Source: Perkinsus chesapeaki ATCC PRA-425
Taxonomy: Eukaryota > Protista > Perkinsozoa
Reading direction: 5' to 3'
DNA: 64,000 nt
Assembly: GCA_013115145.1 (NCBI GenBank)
Contig: JAAPAO010000002.1
Location: 186,001-250,000 of the forward strand
The translations under genes and the position numbers were made by a program. Numbering within the stretch: position 1 is the first letter of the stretch; each line of letters begins with the position of its first letter. This document shows positions 25,631-37,916 of the stretch, in pieces. Under the pieces are notes generated by a model. The model had not been told where the DNA came from and searched no databases. It saw only the letters and a program-made list of their open reading frames with translations.

Positions 25631-25965
25631 TCATATGTACTGCCTTCTTTTCTTTATACGAATCCTCCTATCGCGAAACCACCGCCACCACCTATGCACC
25701 ACCTTCGCGTCCAAACGAAAGCATATGCTATTACTCCCCTAGAGGCCCGCAATCAGCCTTCTGAGGGTTCTGCAGCCCCTTGATCTTCTCTTTTATTTGC
25801 TGTTGTCGCATAAAGTGCTTCTTATAACCTAAGACATGAAATGCCCGGAGCTTCAACTTGTGCTGTGAAGTTTTTCTCACAAAAAATGGTTAATGGTGCC
25901 GGATCTGGCGGTGCAACGATCCGCTTAGCCACGGTGGTAGATACCCGCTGGGCCAGAGTCGACAT
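25631..25965 (-). CDS. Small basic protein (about 75 aa, 3 exons), probably mitochondrial
   Basis: MSTLAQRVSTTVAKRIVAPPDPAPLTIF|CYKKHFMRQQQIKEKIKGLQNPQK|VVHRWWRWFRDRRIRIKKRRQYI*. The last join needs a GC-AG intron (25703-25757). Confidence 0.55.
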
Positions 25966-26136
25966 GGCAACGACGTAACCTACACAGATCTTCGGCTGAG
26001 CATCACACTGAAACTTGTGAATCTTGTAACACAATTTTGGCGAAGCGGCGCACAAAAAACGTAAATGTTTTTGTCGGACTTTGTGACGAATTCACAGCAG
26101 TTGATTGCAGTTATCGAATAAATTATCTGTACTATA

Positions 26137-26840
26137 ATGCCAAGTCGTCCTTCTACCCAAATTCCTATGCTGCAGCCCGCCGATGTTCTCTGCAACTCTC
26201 CCAGCCATGTCGACGAGACCTTGCACTATCTGCTGTTACAAGCGCCTTCTCGACCAGTACCAATGCCACTGAGAGGATACTCGATATTCCTGGTCGTACT
26301 GGGAATTGCATTGGCAATCGGGTAGTACCGCAGGCGCTGGGGTTTACGTTGTGCGTTATCGCTACATGAAGTGAGCGTTCTGTGAGCTGCGCTAAACACT
26401 TGTATGTCGTAGATTGTCGCAAAACAGGGTGATTTGCAGCAAGCGAAGTTTCTCGCGTAATAACGAAATCGGCTTCCTTTTCAGGGCAATTGTATTGGAT
26501 GCGTCACTGGCCTTCCCGCACCAACAGCTGATACGAAACTCGGCTCTCATTACTGCAGCGTTTCTTCTAGCAACAGGAGCCGATGGCATGTTGGCAGGCG
26601 GGTCTCTTTATGAGGCAAAGCGCTTCTATGTGATGTTCTTATTTTCCCATGTAGTAAACCCACGCTTCGACATTCTGGACGCATCACTTTCGATCTCAGG
26701 TTCTAGCAGTATCCGAACTTCTTACAGGCGCTATTTTCCTCGGAAGAGATGAGGGGGCCACCTTCACCTCTCTTTGTGTTGTCGCAGCACTGATAGGCCT
26801 CTGCGGAATCATCAGCGTCGGCCACATAGCGAAAGGGTAG
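26137..26840 (+). CDS. Hypothetical multi-pass membrane protein
   Basis: Hydrophobic segments YSIFLVVLGIALAIG, SALITAAFLLATGA and VLAVSELLTGAIFLG...SLCVVAALIGLCGIISVG, linked by short GT-AG introns. Confidence 0.5.
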
Positions 26841-27611
26841 TAACTGGTGGAAGTATTGCCTCGTATTCGAAAATTGGTCTTTATTTAATGAATAGTTATG
26901 TTGCGAATCATGAAGTTCGCGAAAATTTGTGTGGAATTTTGAATACATTCATTGTAATGATTTTTGCCCCACTGTCAGGTATGTGCGTTCATGTGAAGCA
27001 AACTTCTATGAAGGAAGCTGTAGCATCTGAGTTATCTTGGAACCATCTGCATGTTGTCTTAACGCGTGGATCGGATTTAAGGCGTTTTCGACTCTCGCTT
27101 GCATGCAGAGGAGATTACCATTCGACTGTTATATACTTGAATTGCTATGTGTATTGGTCATTCATATTTTCCTGCCTACTTGCAGCTATTCTCTAAAGGC
27201 ACCACCAACGCCCAGGAGCAGCTGTGGTGTGCAAGGCTGGTATCAGCTATTTTTCAATCTACATCCCAGCGCCTCTGCCCTATAGTCGGGATCAGCGATG
27301 ATGCTAGCTGCAAGGGACACGTAGCCTTCACTTTTTGTTGTGTTATATTGTCATCAATGGGGGGGTCCGCGCTCTGGGAAGACTGTTACAGGCTTTGCGT
27401 GGAAGCATTTCCAACTAAGTAACCTCGACTATGTCATCGGAATCCTCAAGCTCGTCGTCTCTTGAAGATCGTATTAGTGGGTGCTGTATAGAAGGCTGTG
27501 AGACGAAGAATGGTTCAGTCGATGGGGTAGTATGGTTTTGGATGGAGGCTCCATCATGAAGCGCATGAGTTGTACTGTCAGATAGAGCGGCGCAAACACC
27601 GAAAGCGGCAA

Positions 27612-29751
27612 ATGAAGGGCCCACGAGTGGCAATGGTGTCCGACTTCTTCTACCCGGGACTTGGTAGTAGTGGGTCATGGATTGAGTTCCACAGTCTGAT
27701 TCTCACACAAATCGATACGCTTGATACCATCCAAAGGAGGTTGAGTTTCTCGTTTCAGGAGGAGTGGAAATGCACATTTACCAGCTGAGTCAGTGTCTGA
27801 TGGAACTAGGTTTCTACGTCATAGTTATTACCCACTACAGAGGCGATAGGATGGGAGTAAGCATCATAGGAGGCTCGCTTAACTACTCTGAGTCCGCGCA
27901 TAGTACTATAGTGAATTAGCAGTTGTGTAGGATTGCGTAACCTAATCACCCTATGCCATGGCTTGCTCAGATCCGATACATGACAAACGGATTGAAAGTA
28001 TACTACCTCCCGTACAAGACGTTTGTAGATCAATGTAAGTCGCAATCCTGGCAATTTCTGGACGATTTTCTCAGGCACACCTCCTGCTTTTATAACGTAC
28101 TTTGCCTTAATGCGTCAGATTTTAATTCGTGAACGAATCGATATAGTGAGGCAGCCTTTTACGCAGTACTAAGCCATTAACTCCTAGGTGCACGGACACC
28201 AAGCAACTTCTGCACTGTGCCAAGAAATGTGCTTTCACGCCCGGACTATGGGCTACAAGACCGTGAGAAGTCTTGGACGGACCAAGATTTTCCGAAGGCT
28301 CTCCCACTGTAGGTATATACGGATCACAGCCTTTTTGGCTTTGGGGATGCATCATGTATAGCTATCAACAAGGTGCTCAAAGTCTTTCTTACAGACGTAA
28401 TGCTGAGCGATTCTTCGACCGCTGAAATATACCTATATACAGGTGCATCACTGTATTTGTGTCTCCCACACGAACAAAGAGAACCTGATTCTTCGAGCAG
28501 CGATCCGACCGGATGACGTCAGTGTAATGCATATCGTGTGAAGACTATGCTCTCATGGATATCCTCGGCAGGTTATTCCCAATGCGGTTGATGCGTCTCG
28601 CTTCACTCCGAACCCTTCGCCTAGAGTCGGGCCATTGCAGCACAATTCGGTACTCGCTTCTTGAGTTGGAGTCCCAAGAACTATTAGCTCGATCAGGTAT
28701 CTATCGTAGTAGTATCGCGGCTGACTTTCCGCAAAGGGATTGATATACTCATCGACGTGATGCCGGAAATAAGTCGTCGATTCCCTTACGTAATTTCCTC
28801 TCACTCGGTTTGGATGATCTGATGCTCGCCTTTCAAAGGTCCACTGGATTATTGCGGGCGACGGTCCGAAGCGTATGGATATCGAACAGATGCTTGAGCG
28901 ACATAAATTACACGATAGGACCGAGCTCCTGGGGAAGGTAGCGCCGCTACTCAATAGCTCCCTCCCGACCGTGGGTGCACAGGTTCCTCACTCGCAAGTG
29001 CGTGACGTTCTTCTCCGAGGAGATATTTTTCTGAATTGCAGTCTGACTGAGGCGTTCTGTATTGCTATTGTCGAGGCAGCCAGTTGCGGTCTCTGCGTAG
29101 GGTTGGGTGTTCTCAACCCCTATTTTGGCATATCACTCGGGTGCTCCTAGGTTGTTTCCACCGATGTTGGTGGTGTCCCAGAGGTCTTACCACCCTCTAT
29201 GATCCGGTTATGCCCTCCCAACGCAGAGAAGTTCGTAGAAGCCGTTTCAGAAACCATCACGGAGGACGTTCCCTATAGGGATCGGTGGGACCAGCATCGG
29301 AGGGTGCGGCTCTTCTTTGTCGCAGTCGATAAAACGTTTCCTGCCAGGTAAGCGAAATGTACAGCTGGGACGACGTGGCTCGACGTACAGCCGATGTCTA
29401 TAAGAAAGTGATGGATACACCAGACATGACTTTGAAGCAACGAATTCGCCTCTTACATACTACCGGACCGGCCCTTGGCAAGGTAGGCAACGTTCCCGCT
29501 TGGGGACGAAGATATCTGGTTTTCATTTACGGACGTTTTTCAGATATGTGTGCTGATGGTGGTGTTCTCTCGGATGATGTGCATTTTCTTCAATTGGTTG
29601 TATCCGGTTAAGAGGATCGAAAAATCTGTAGATTTCCCTTTCAAGGCATACAGGAAGCATGAGCGTCTCGGCACCCACCACCACCGTTGAGCAGGCAATC
29701 GCTATTTCCCTTGATCTTGCACGCTGTGGTGTTCCGGAGACAGTCGAATAA
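27612..29751 (+). CDS. PIGA: Phosphatidylinositol N-acetylglucosaminyltransferase subunit A (GPI anchor biosynthesis)
   Basis: [86 protein letters not shown]. Confidence 0.95.
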
Positions 29752-29759
29752 ATTAATCC

Positions 29760-30763
29760 CATGAAGCACAGAGAGATGCTCGGTTGGCATCACTTCAATT
29801 GCCGGAATAACCGAACTGGCTGATATCGGCAAGATCGATTCTAAAGAAAGGTCACAGTCATGCTGATAGCTTCTGCCGCTACGCTCGTAGTTCAGAAGAG
29901 CTGCGTTCGAGTGGCAACTCGCGAGATCCCTCCTTACAACAGACCCATGAATCATGAGCCATGATGCTATCCGTCCAAAAGGGATTATACCCGATACGAT
30001 TGGGTCTAAAAATGACTAACTACGTTCAAGAGGCATCAACGAGGATTGCTTTCAAACTTTTCACGCTATCATCTAATGAGAGGTATTTCTGATGCACATC
30101 AGTCACCTTTCTGTTTTGGATGCACGTCAAGCTGCTCGTTTTTCCTAATCAATCAATGATGCTAGTCGCGCTTGGTTGATTCGGGTAGGTAAGAGGCCAT
30201 CACTAATGGCCAAGGCTACCTGATAGCTCAAATTGGGCTGCGCAACGGCATAATTAATCTATCCCGTGCACTAGAAGGCCGAGGGCTCACGAAAACAACA
30301 AGCAGTTAGGCAGAAACGAGCATAAACGTATCATGAACTAACTGTGGAGCTGCCCGAAAATGCAGTTTCTCCTCCTCGACTTTGTGTTCGCCATACCCAT
30401 TTTCCGTCTGACCGAATACACCGTACGACCCGCACTCATTAAGGGTTAGCTTCACTACCTTCCCTTTTTTCGGTAATTAGGCTTCCCGCCTGTGTATATC
30501 TGCAACGGTGGAGCCTCGTGGAAAGATAACTCGTTCAACTGAGACTTGGCCACTCCTGGAAGAACATTTCTTGTGTGAGCTACAGGAAAAGACTCACGTG
30601 ACGGGTGCGTCACAAGCTGCAAGGTAGATGCTGCTCGCCAACATAGAGATGACGATAAAGAACTGGCCGTTCGGTAGGCCACGGATATCATTAGACCGAA
30701 ACACAAACTGCGCACATCACTATTGCAATCCAGAAACTGAATTGAGGACTCAGAACCCGACAC
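29760..30763 (-). CDS. Hypothetical protein (boundaries approximate)
   Basis: ORF MSGSESSIQFLDC...LSFHEAPPLQIYTG plus downstream coding-like segments; no family recognised. Confidence 0.35.
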
Positions 30764-30855
30764 TAACTATTAAAGCTATTACACATTCCTCCTGGGAGTG
30801 ACGAGGAAACTAGATGCTACAACCTTACCGGCGAACAATAAATGTGAAATGTGTC

Positions 30856-33538
30856 TCATATCATCGGCGTCTCACAGCGTCGGCCATGCAACATAAAGAG
30901 CACCTCGCCCGCACGTTCCAACAAAGGATCGAGTACATGGACTGCGAAAGAAACCGCCCTATCGTGGGCACAGTTGACCGTCTAGGGCCGACATAGCATT
31001 GTTGAGGGCTCGCAGTGCATACGTTAGTTCCACAACGCGACGGGCTGAAATACAAGCTGAATCCAAAGGTGCATTTGTACATGTGTAAACTAACCTTGGA
31101 AAATAAGATAAACGTAGTCTGCCATCTCCCACAACTCCAACTGTTCGATTTTCATAAATCGACCAAAATCAGCCTTAGAGAACCGTTCAGGGTAGCATAC
31201 CAGCTTTTTGAGCACAACCTTCTGTAGCAACGTGAGAAACTGACCATGCCCACCGTTCCGATGATCCAGATTCAGAATACTACCTTGTTTTGCTGTGTGT
31301 AGTCATAATCGTGATGTGCAATACCGTACATCTGATGCACGTACACGAGTATGGCCTGCCGCAGCGGAAGCGTGCTAGGAACGCTCCGAGGCCCGATGTG
31401 ATCGGTAGCAGATTCCAACGCTTCCATATACCTGAGCAGAAATAGAGGATTTCGGCCGTGCGACAGTAAACCTACTCTCTGTCGATAGAGTCGGTAAGAG
31501 ACCCATCAAGCAGGAGATGATTCATGAGGACGCGGGCCTGTTCATCCCATGAAAACTGCGAGTCCCACGGTATGCCCTTAGAGCCTCGAACGTCAAAATC
31601 AAAGTAGTGCAGCGGTTTCCCGCATTGTCCACTGAAAAGGAAGTATCTCGGGATTATGACCGTACGCTCATACCAATCTTCCATCTCCCCCACATTGTCC
31701 TGAGGCGAGTGGGGTGGGTGCCGGAACCTGAAGCGAGCATAACAAAGTGACCACCGCAGCCAGCAGTACCGTCTGCAACTTGGTGCTCGAACACGAGGAT
31801 ATGCATTCATAACTAGGCTTAAATTAGACTTTTTCCCTTCCGACAGACGAATGGCTGACGTCGACGATGCTTGCGAAGATGGCTCTGCCTGAAGGACGGC
31901 GAATAGTCCAAGAGGGACGGAGAGATTTATGTTTACTGATTGCTGCTGTTTTCCTCCAGTATGACGCGTTTTTGAGTGAGACGATGACGAGACGGGCCGG
32001 GATCCCTAAGTGGCAGTGGGAGCGCCGCAGCGTGACCTGCTGTACTACATCGTTCTCCCTTGACTTAGGCGAGGAACCGAACATCCAGTAATGTTCCGAT
32101 AATTTCCCGAAAGAGGGATGCGAGTCTTCCCGCGTTATCGGGTCTTTCGTAAGATACTCTACACATCACAGTTAGAATCCCAGCCTCTACTACAACAACG
32201 GTACCAATCGATGGGTGGCTCTCTGACTCATCGTCTGATCCCCTATCAGCATGTTCTATGAGCCGCTGTGCTGTAAAAGGCACGGACCCTGTATTATCCA
32301 GGAAACAACTGAAGGTACTCCAAACTCCGAACCGACATGAGACCTCTAGAACCACCTCGGCATCCTTTCCATGTCGGGATCATAAGGAGGATCGTCGAAA
32401 AAGATTTCGCCCGGCTCCAGCCGCAGATCTGGTTCGACCTCCAATCCGAGGCCGAACGCTACAACTGGGAGAGTATGGAAGGTACTAAAAATGACAGTAA
32501 AACGCAGCATTAATGAGAGATCTATCCAAGTTTTCACCTCAGTATGGCTAGGGCCACTACAAGATCCGCTTTCGACCACACCTGAGGATGGACATGCCGG
32601 AAACTTGAGCGGGTTGAAATCCCACTACCTGGAGTAAGTCCTCCATGTGCCGCTGCGTCAGGTCCCATGGTTTGTGACAGAGGATGAGATTGACGTCCTG
32701 CAACTAAGTCATCTTCAAAGACAGATCGATCCTACATGAAGTGCCCTCAGCTGCTTTGGTACGCTCGTTGGATCCGTCAGCCAGTTGATATCCCCGCCCG
32801 ACGCCCTACAATATCGCATCTTCCGAGTCACATATCTGATAGGTCTCACAGGAAAAGCTCTATCTGGTTACGAACCAGGTATTCGCAGTTGTGCCGTGAG
32901 GCTGCCATCATAGCTATAAAGTGCCTGAGATGCGTCAGCGACAGGTGGATATTTCGAAGTTGGAATCTGAACTACCTCCAGTGAAGCTGCAAACCCCCTT
33001 CGTGGAACATGAGAACGTCCATAGTTCTCGAATAGTTAACGAAGAAGCGAGGGACAGTCGAAAGGGCCCAGTCCTGTCAGAGCTTTCCAGCTATGCAAGG
33101 ATAAGAATTGCTTACTAGGTGAGTTATCCTAGCAGCTGAGCTCGAATCAAATAACGACCAATCCACAGGAGGCACCGATATGAGATGGGGATCTGAGGGC
33201 GGTCAATACGAAATGCAGCGCGCAATAGCAGCTTACTTTTCGAGAACCTGCTGACCTCTGTATCGATATATCTGGCTGCTACAGCAATTCCGGAATTCCT
33301 TTGAGCTGCCAAGAAGTTCTGACAAACGGAATAGATCCCCAATGATGATTGTGTTGACTTGTCTCACGTCGGCTGCGTTCCGGATGTCCGGAAATCGGCA
33401 GGTATATTTTAGACGGAGCAAGATCCTAATGGCTTGGTCGAGCTCTGCATGAGCAGAGCCTGTAGTGCGACGAGCATTAGCGAGCGAACGCAACCACGAT
33501 GTGATATCTTGGAAGGCCTCAAGTCTGAAGATAATCAT
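30856..33538 (-). CDS. Large hypothetical multi-exon protein
   Basis: Series of minus-strand ORF fragments from MIIFRLEAFQDITSWLRSL through WDEQARVLMNHLLLDG to VLDPLLERAGEVLFMLHGRRCETPMI*, separated by short introns. Confidence 0.5.
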
Positions 33539-34290
33539 GCGCGACCAGAGAAGTTATTTTGATCCGTTCCCCCTTTAGTACCTTGCTCTAGGGGCATCAA
33601 TAGCTAGTTGCAGATCCCGAAGCCTCTGCACGGTTACACGGATAGCAGCTACATCAGTGTTGGACATTATGGGTGACCTGAAAGAAAATATAAAGGGGAC
33701 GATTCGTTGCTCAACAGGCACGCCTATGAAATTCGGAATTCTTATCAGGCTTGTCTAGGGTCTAATGAACACCAACAACCGCTTCCATTGTATTTCTTCT
33801 ATTTTCCGGCAGCACCACCGAGTTGCGCCTAGCTGTCTAATTGTTGCCACTGGGTACAGTGCGATGATGCCCATCCGATCCTCCCTTACTCATCCTGCGA
33901 CATCAGGTGAAACACGTCCTTTACGCAGTAGTGTGGCACAAGCTCCTGGCGGACTAGATCACACAGAGAACCACCAAACTGAAAGGGTAACAGTGCATAA
34001 TGCTCTCCTGTCACTTAATCCTGATTCATGAATAGAAATCTCTGGGCGAGCGCTATATCGACTGCGCAAGTTGACCAATGACAAGTGTCGATTAGAATGA
34101 CGGGCGCTGAAGATGGCGAGCATGCGTTCTCAATAGCTGGGTGGGAGAAGTCCTTGCGGGCAGTTATGACGTTGACAGCCCTTGGGCGTGAGGCTGTGTT
34201 ATCTTGTGTGTTTTATTAATCTCTTAAAACATGCTTTTGACTCGACACTTCTGTTTAACAGGTGATTATTAATATTTAACTAGTAAGCGA

Positions 34291-36108
34291 ATGTTCCTCC
34301 TCCAGCAGCCTTCCAGCGCTGTGATCTCGAGGACCACCAACAAATACGGTCACGAAGACCACAACTCCTACAAGACGGATGTCCCTTTCCAGTATGTCCA
34401 TGCCACGGGCCACAGAGGTTGGTCTCACTACCAATTACCCCAGATTCACGGCTATCAAGATGCCCCTCTTCGTGATATTGCTGGTGATATCATCTCCAGG
34501 GGAATGCGCGAGCCGTCTGGTTCCACTTCTACTAAGTATATGGCTGATATGCCCATGATGTCGCCAACTTCAATTTCTAACACGACTACTGGAGTTCGCA
34601 GAGGTTCTAAGAAGCACAATCGTCGCTTATCTCAGGATATTCAGAGCAGCAACGTGAATCCCAATCTGAAGGTTCACATTGGAACTTTCCCCACTAAGCG
34701 CATTGATAAGACTCCACTCCCTGATGATGCTACGGTTAGCCCATTCGACGATGAGTTCCCAATTCTTCAGAGTCACAAGATGAGCAACGTCAATCCCAAT
34801 CTGACGGTTAGTGTTGGCAGCATGCCAAGCAAGAAGATTGGTCTGGCACCTATCTCCGAAGACTTTGCTGTGAGCCCGTTCGACGACATGTGGGATGTCT
34901 TGACTGACCATAAGACTTTAACCCAAAGCAATATCAATAAGAACTTGCATGTGAGAAGCAATACCTTCCCTACGGTTCATGCCGACATCACGCCACAGCC
35001 GGAGGACAACTCCGTAAGCCCTTTTGACGAAGAGTGGCCCATCCCAGTGGACGAGAATCGGCTTCAGCACATTGCCACTAGCAACGTCAACCCTACTTTA
35101 CCAGTGGCTCACAGCACTCTCCCGACTAAGAATATTGACAAGAGACCGCTACCTACGGATGATAGCGTTAGCCCGTTCGACGAGCACTTCCCACTGCCAA
35201 GCTCTTACTGGGAGAGCAATATTAATCCGACATTGCGTGCTAAGGAGGGCACGATGCCGACTAAGAAGATCGACACGCGGCCCCTGCCTCAAGATGATAC
35301 GGAGAGCCCATTTGATGAGGAGTTCCCTCACTTGAAAGGTTATTGCCAGAGCAATGTAAACCCTGATCTCACCGTTAACATGGGCACCTTTCCGACTAAG
35401 AACGTTGACTACTCTCCCTTGCCAGAGGACCCTTCTATTAGTCCATTCGATGACAACTTCCCCCACTTGCAGAATGTAGATATTCCATCGAAGACGTGGG
35501 TGCAAAGTAACGTTAATCCGGGTTTGAGGGCGAGAGTTGGCAGCTTCCCTGTCGCTGAGCAACTCGACAAGTCTGCTCTACCGGATGACACCACTATAAG
35601 CCCTTTCGAAGAGGAATTCCCGAGGTTCATGGGGCAGGAAAGCATTCACGACTTCAGGACCTATTCGCCTTTCGAGGATGAGTTCAATTCTGTTGCCAAT
35701 TGGCCCGTGGCTCGTTCCCGTAGCGAATCTTATTCTAAGCAGCGTCGAGTCACTCAGGTGAAGCAAGGCTTGAAGGAAGTACTGATCCGTCTTGGATCTC
35801 AAGAGAAGTATGGTAACGTGAAGGCCACTCACTGGCATCTCGACAAACAAACTCAGCCTTATGAAGAAATAGATCAGTCAGCCACTAGCATGCCGACTGA
35901 CTGGCTATCAGCCGTTGGGGTGACTCCACTAGCTCGAGCACCAGGGCAGACTGCCTTCCCAAGAATGACCCCGAAAGCTACAGATATGCAGCCTCGGCAG
36001 AAGACTGGTCGTATAGGAACGACTGGAATTATTGCCAGTCAACCGTCATACATTGCGGGTCATTTCCAGTCCACTCAACGTCAGCAACAACAACCTGGTG
36101 GTGTTTAA
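34291..36108 (+). CDS. Intronless 605-aa protein with seven tandem SNVNP...SPFDDEFP repeats; function unknown
   Basis: Single long ORF with obvious internal repeats. Confidence 0.85.
   Translation: MFLLQQPSSAVISRTTNKYGHEDHNSYKTDVPFQYVHATGHRGWSHYQLPQIHGYQDAPLRDIAGDIISRGMREPSGSTSTKYMADMPMMSPTSISNTTTGVRRGSKKHNRRLSQDIQSSNVNPNLKVHIGTFPTKRIDKTPLPDDATVSPFDDEFPILQSHKMSNVNPNLTVSVGSMPSKKIGLAPISEDFAVSPFDDMWDVLTDHKTLTQSNINKNLHVRSNTFPTVHADITPQPEDNSVSPFDEEWPIPVDENRLQHIATSNVNPTLPVAHSTLPTKNIDKRPLPTDDSVSPFDEHFPLPSSYWESNINPTLRAKEGTMPTKKIDTRPLPQDDTESPFDEEFPHLKGYCQSNVNPDLTVNMGTFPTKNVDYSPLPEDPSISPFDDNFPHLQNVDIPSKTWVQSNVNPGLRARVGSFPVAEQLDKSALPDDTTISPFEEEFPRFMGQESIHDFRTYSPFEDEFNSVANWPVARSRSESYSKQRRVTQVKQGLKEVLIRLGSQEKYGNVKATHWHLDKQTQPYEEIDQSATSMPTDWLSAVGVTPLARAPGQTAFPRMTPKATDMQPRQKTGRIGTTGIIASQPSYIAGHFQSTQRQQQQPGGV
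34648..35690 (+). repeat. Seven copies (plus a partial eighth) of a 45-52 aa coding repeat
   Basis: Consensus SN[VI]NPxLxVxxG[TS][FM]PTKxIDxxPLPxDx[ST][VI]SPF[DE][DE]xFP; the DNA repeats are diverged at third codon positions. Confidence 0.95.
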
Positions 36109-36561
36109 AATGTATCTTAGATTGTTTAGATCATCGGTTGCTCCAGGAATCTTTGTTATCTGATATGATTTCACAGTTATGATTAATAATAATACTACTT
36201 TTCAAGTCGTCGATGTACGCGTCTTCAAGACGCTTAGCTCAGATTCATTTCGTATTTAGGAAGTTGCGTTTGCTCGAGTGGTGAATTACAAACCAGACAG
36301 GTTTTTCGGTACTTAATGATTGATAACTGAATCACTCCGTTACAATTTGGACTAGCAATAATCGTTGAATCCCGAGCAAGCGCCCAAGCCGCCAGCCCGG
36401 TTGCACACAGTGCTCTGGATTGAAAATATTGTCTCCATCAGAGAAGAACCCAAGTCAATGAACTTCAGGAAATCGAGCGCAATGTCATACTAGTCAGAAG
36501 GTAAAAATGCTTCTGCAACTACTTGGAAATCCACTGCTCCGGTGCATGTTAAATGTATATT

Positions 36562-37817
36562 TCAATTCGCTCTTCCACTGAGCCTGTAAAACATCAAATA
36601 CGGAGCAGATATGATTGACTTCGACGTACCAGAGACTAAAGAGGTAGCTGGTACCTCGTCACATCGGTTGAACGGAAGAGAGCGCGCCTCACTATATCCA
36701 ACGTAGAGCTGATCTTCAGTATGGTTGAACTTGCAGAAGAGTTGGTCGACTGGAAGCCAGGAGCGAAATACGCCCAGAACAGGAATCGTCATTACGTCCG
36801 AAAGGCATGAGCACTTGTCTGAGGCAATCTTCTTCTTTCCGTAGCTCAGGGAAAAGGATCATCCCAGAAGTCTCATTGTACTGAGCAAGGCAACAGCGTC
36901 GAGGCTTCGCGAAAATTCAAGCACCAACATCGTATTTCTCCCCCTCACAGTGCAGTAGCATTCCATATGAAACACCGCTTAGGTCGGCATGAACACCATC
37001 GAAAGAGATTCTCCCATTACGCAACGCATCTAAATACAGTCCACGATCGACCTCATAAGGATCGCATAGGATAGTAGTATCTTATCCTACCGCTGGCGTT
37101 AGCACAAAATTCGCCAGTAAACTTCGTTTCGTGCACAACTAAGAAGCACAAATACCAACAAATGCTTTTGTGGAGTTCGCCCTACCGGGGAAGGTCTCTA
37201 GTCCAAAGTCCAGTAGGTCATCAGTAGCTCCGCATTGCATCATCGTTGCGTTGACCCTGCAAACCGAGAGCCACGCTTGTGTAGTTTGTTGCAGATGAGA
37301 ACATTCTTACTTTTGGTTCACTTCAAGCGTTAGCACGTCCGTCTTATCATTGTAGTAGAACAATATCGAACTGAGTTTAACTGAATTGGAAGAAATGTTG
37401 GACAAAAAAATAAGATCAGATTCCAGAAGTCCTGATTCGGCGTTCATGACCTCCAAACTCGGCGAGCTTCCTGTTGATGCAGTCGTCTGGCTCTTGCCAC
37501 CTTGTCAAGTGCCCAATTCCGGTGGTTGGATCGTACTAGGGCAGGCTGGTAGGGAAGGGAGCGATCATGAGTACAGATACCTTGTATTCCTCATCCTTGC
37601 AGTCTAGCTCTTGGAAGAACACTTCCAAGTAAATCTCGAAATGTGTGTCATCCTGGATTGTGACATTGCCGTTTTTAACCTAAAGCGCACCCGTTCACAA
37701 AAACTTTCAAGAGATTGCGAATACCAGTTCTTTGTATTCTCCACAGTAGGACCCGTGTGGTTTATTCTCTGCGGCAACAGGGGAGAGGAGAGAAATAATG
37801 AGTAAAATTAATACCAT
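36562..37817 (-). CDS. Secreted protein with two tandem copies of a small Cys-containing domain
   Basis: Signal peptide MVLILLIISLLSPVAAE. Domain 1: KPHGSYC...CKDEEYK|YDPTTG...EPDDCI. Domain 2: KFTGEFC...CEGEKY|YNETSG...EEDCL...RCDE. Confidence 0.65.
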
Positions 37818-37916
37818 ATTGCGAACCACTGGACTGATAGATGACCTTTGATTAATAACGAAAACACTCATGCTTCATGACCTAATTCTTCATATACACA
37901 TCAAATTGGATGGTGT

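Noticed and set aside
26957-27422. Possible small plus-strand gene with faint likeness to proteasome chaperone PAC3
   Set aside because: I could not assemble a consistent spliced model and the similarity is too weak to call.
36562-36792. C-terminus FNH...SAPYLMFYRL looked like a USP deubiquitinase end
   Set aside because: No GHY catalytic box or Cys box is present, and the segment fits better as the end of domain 2 of the secreted two-domain protein.
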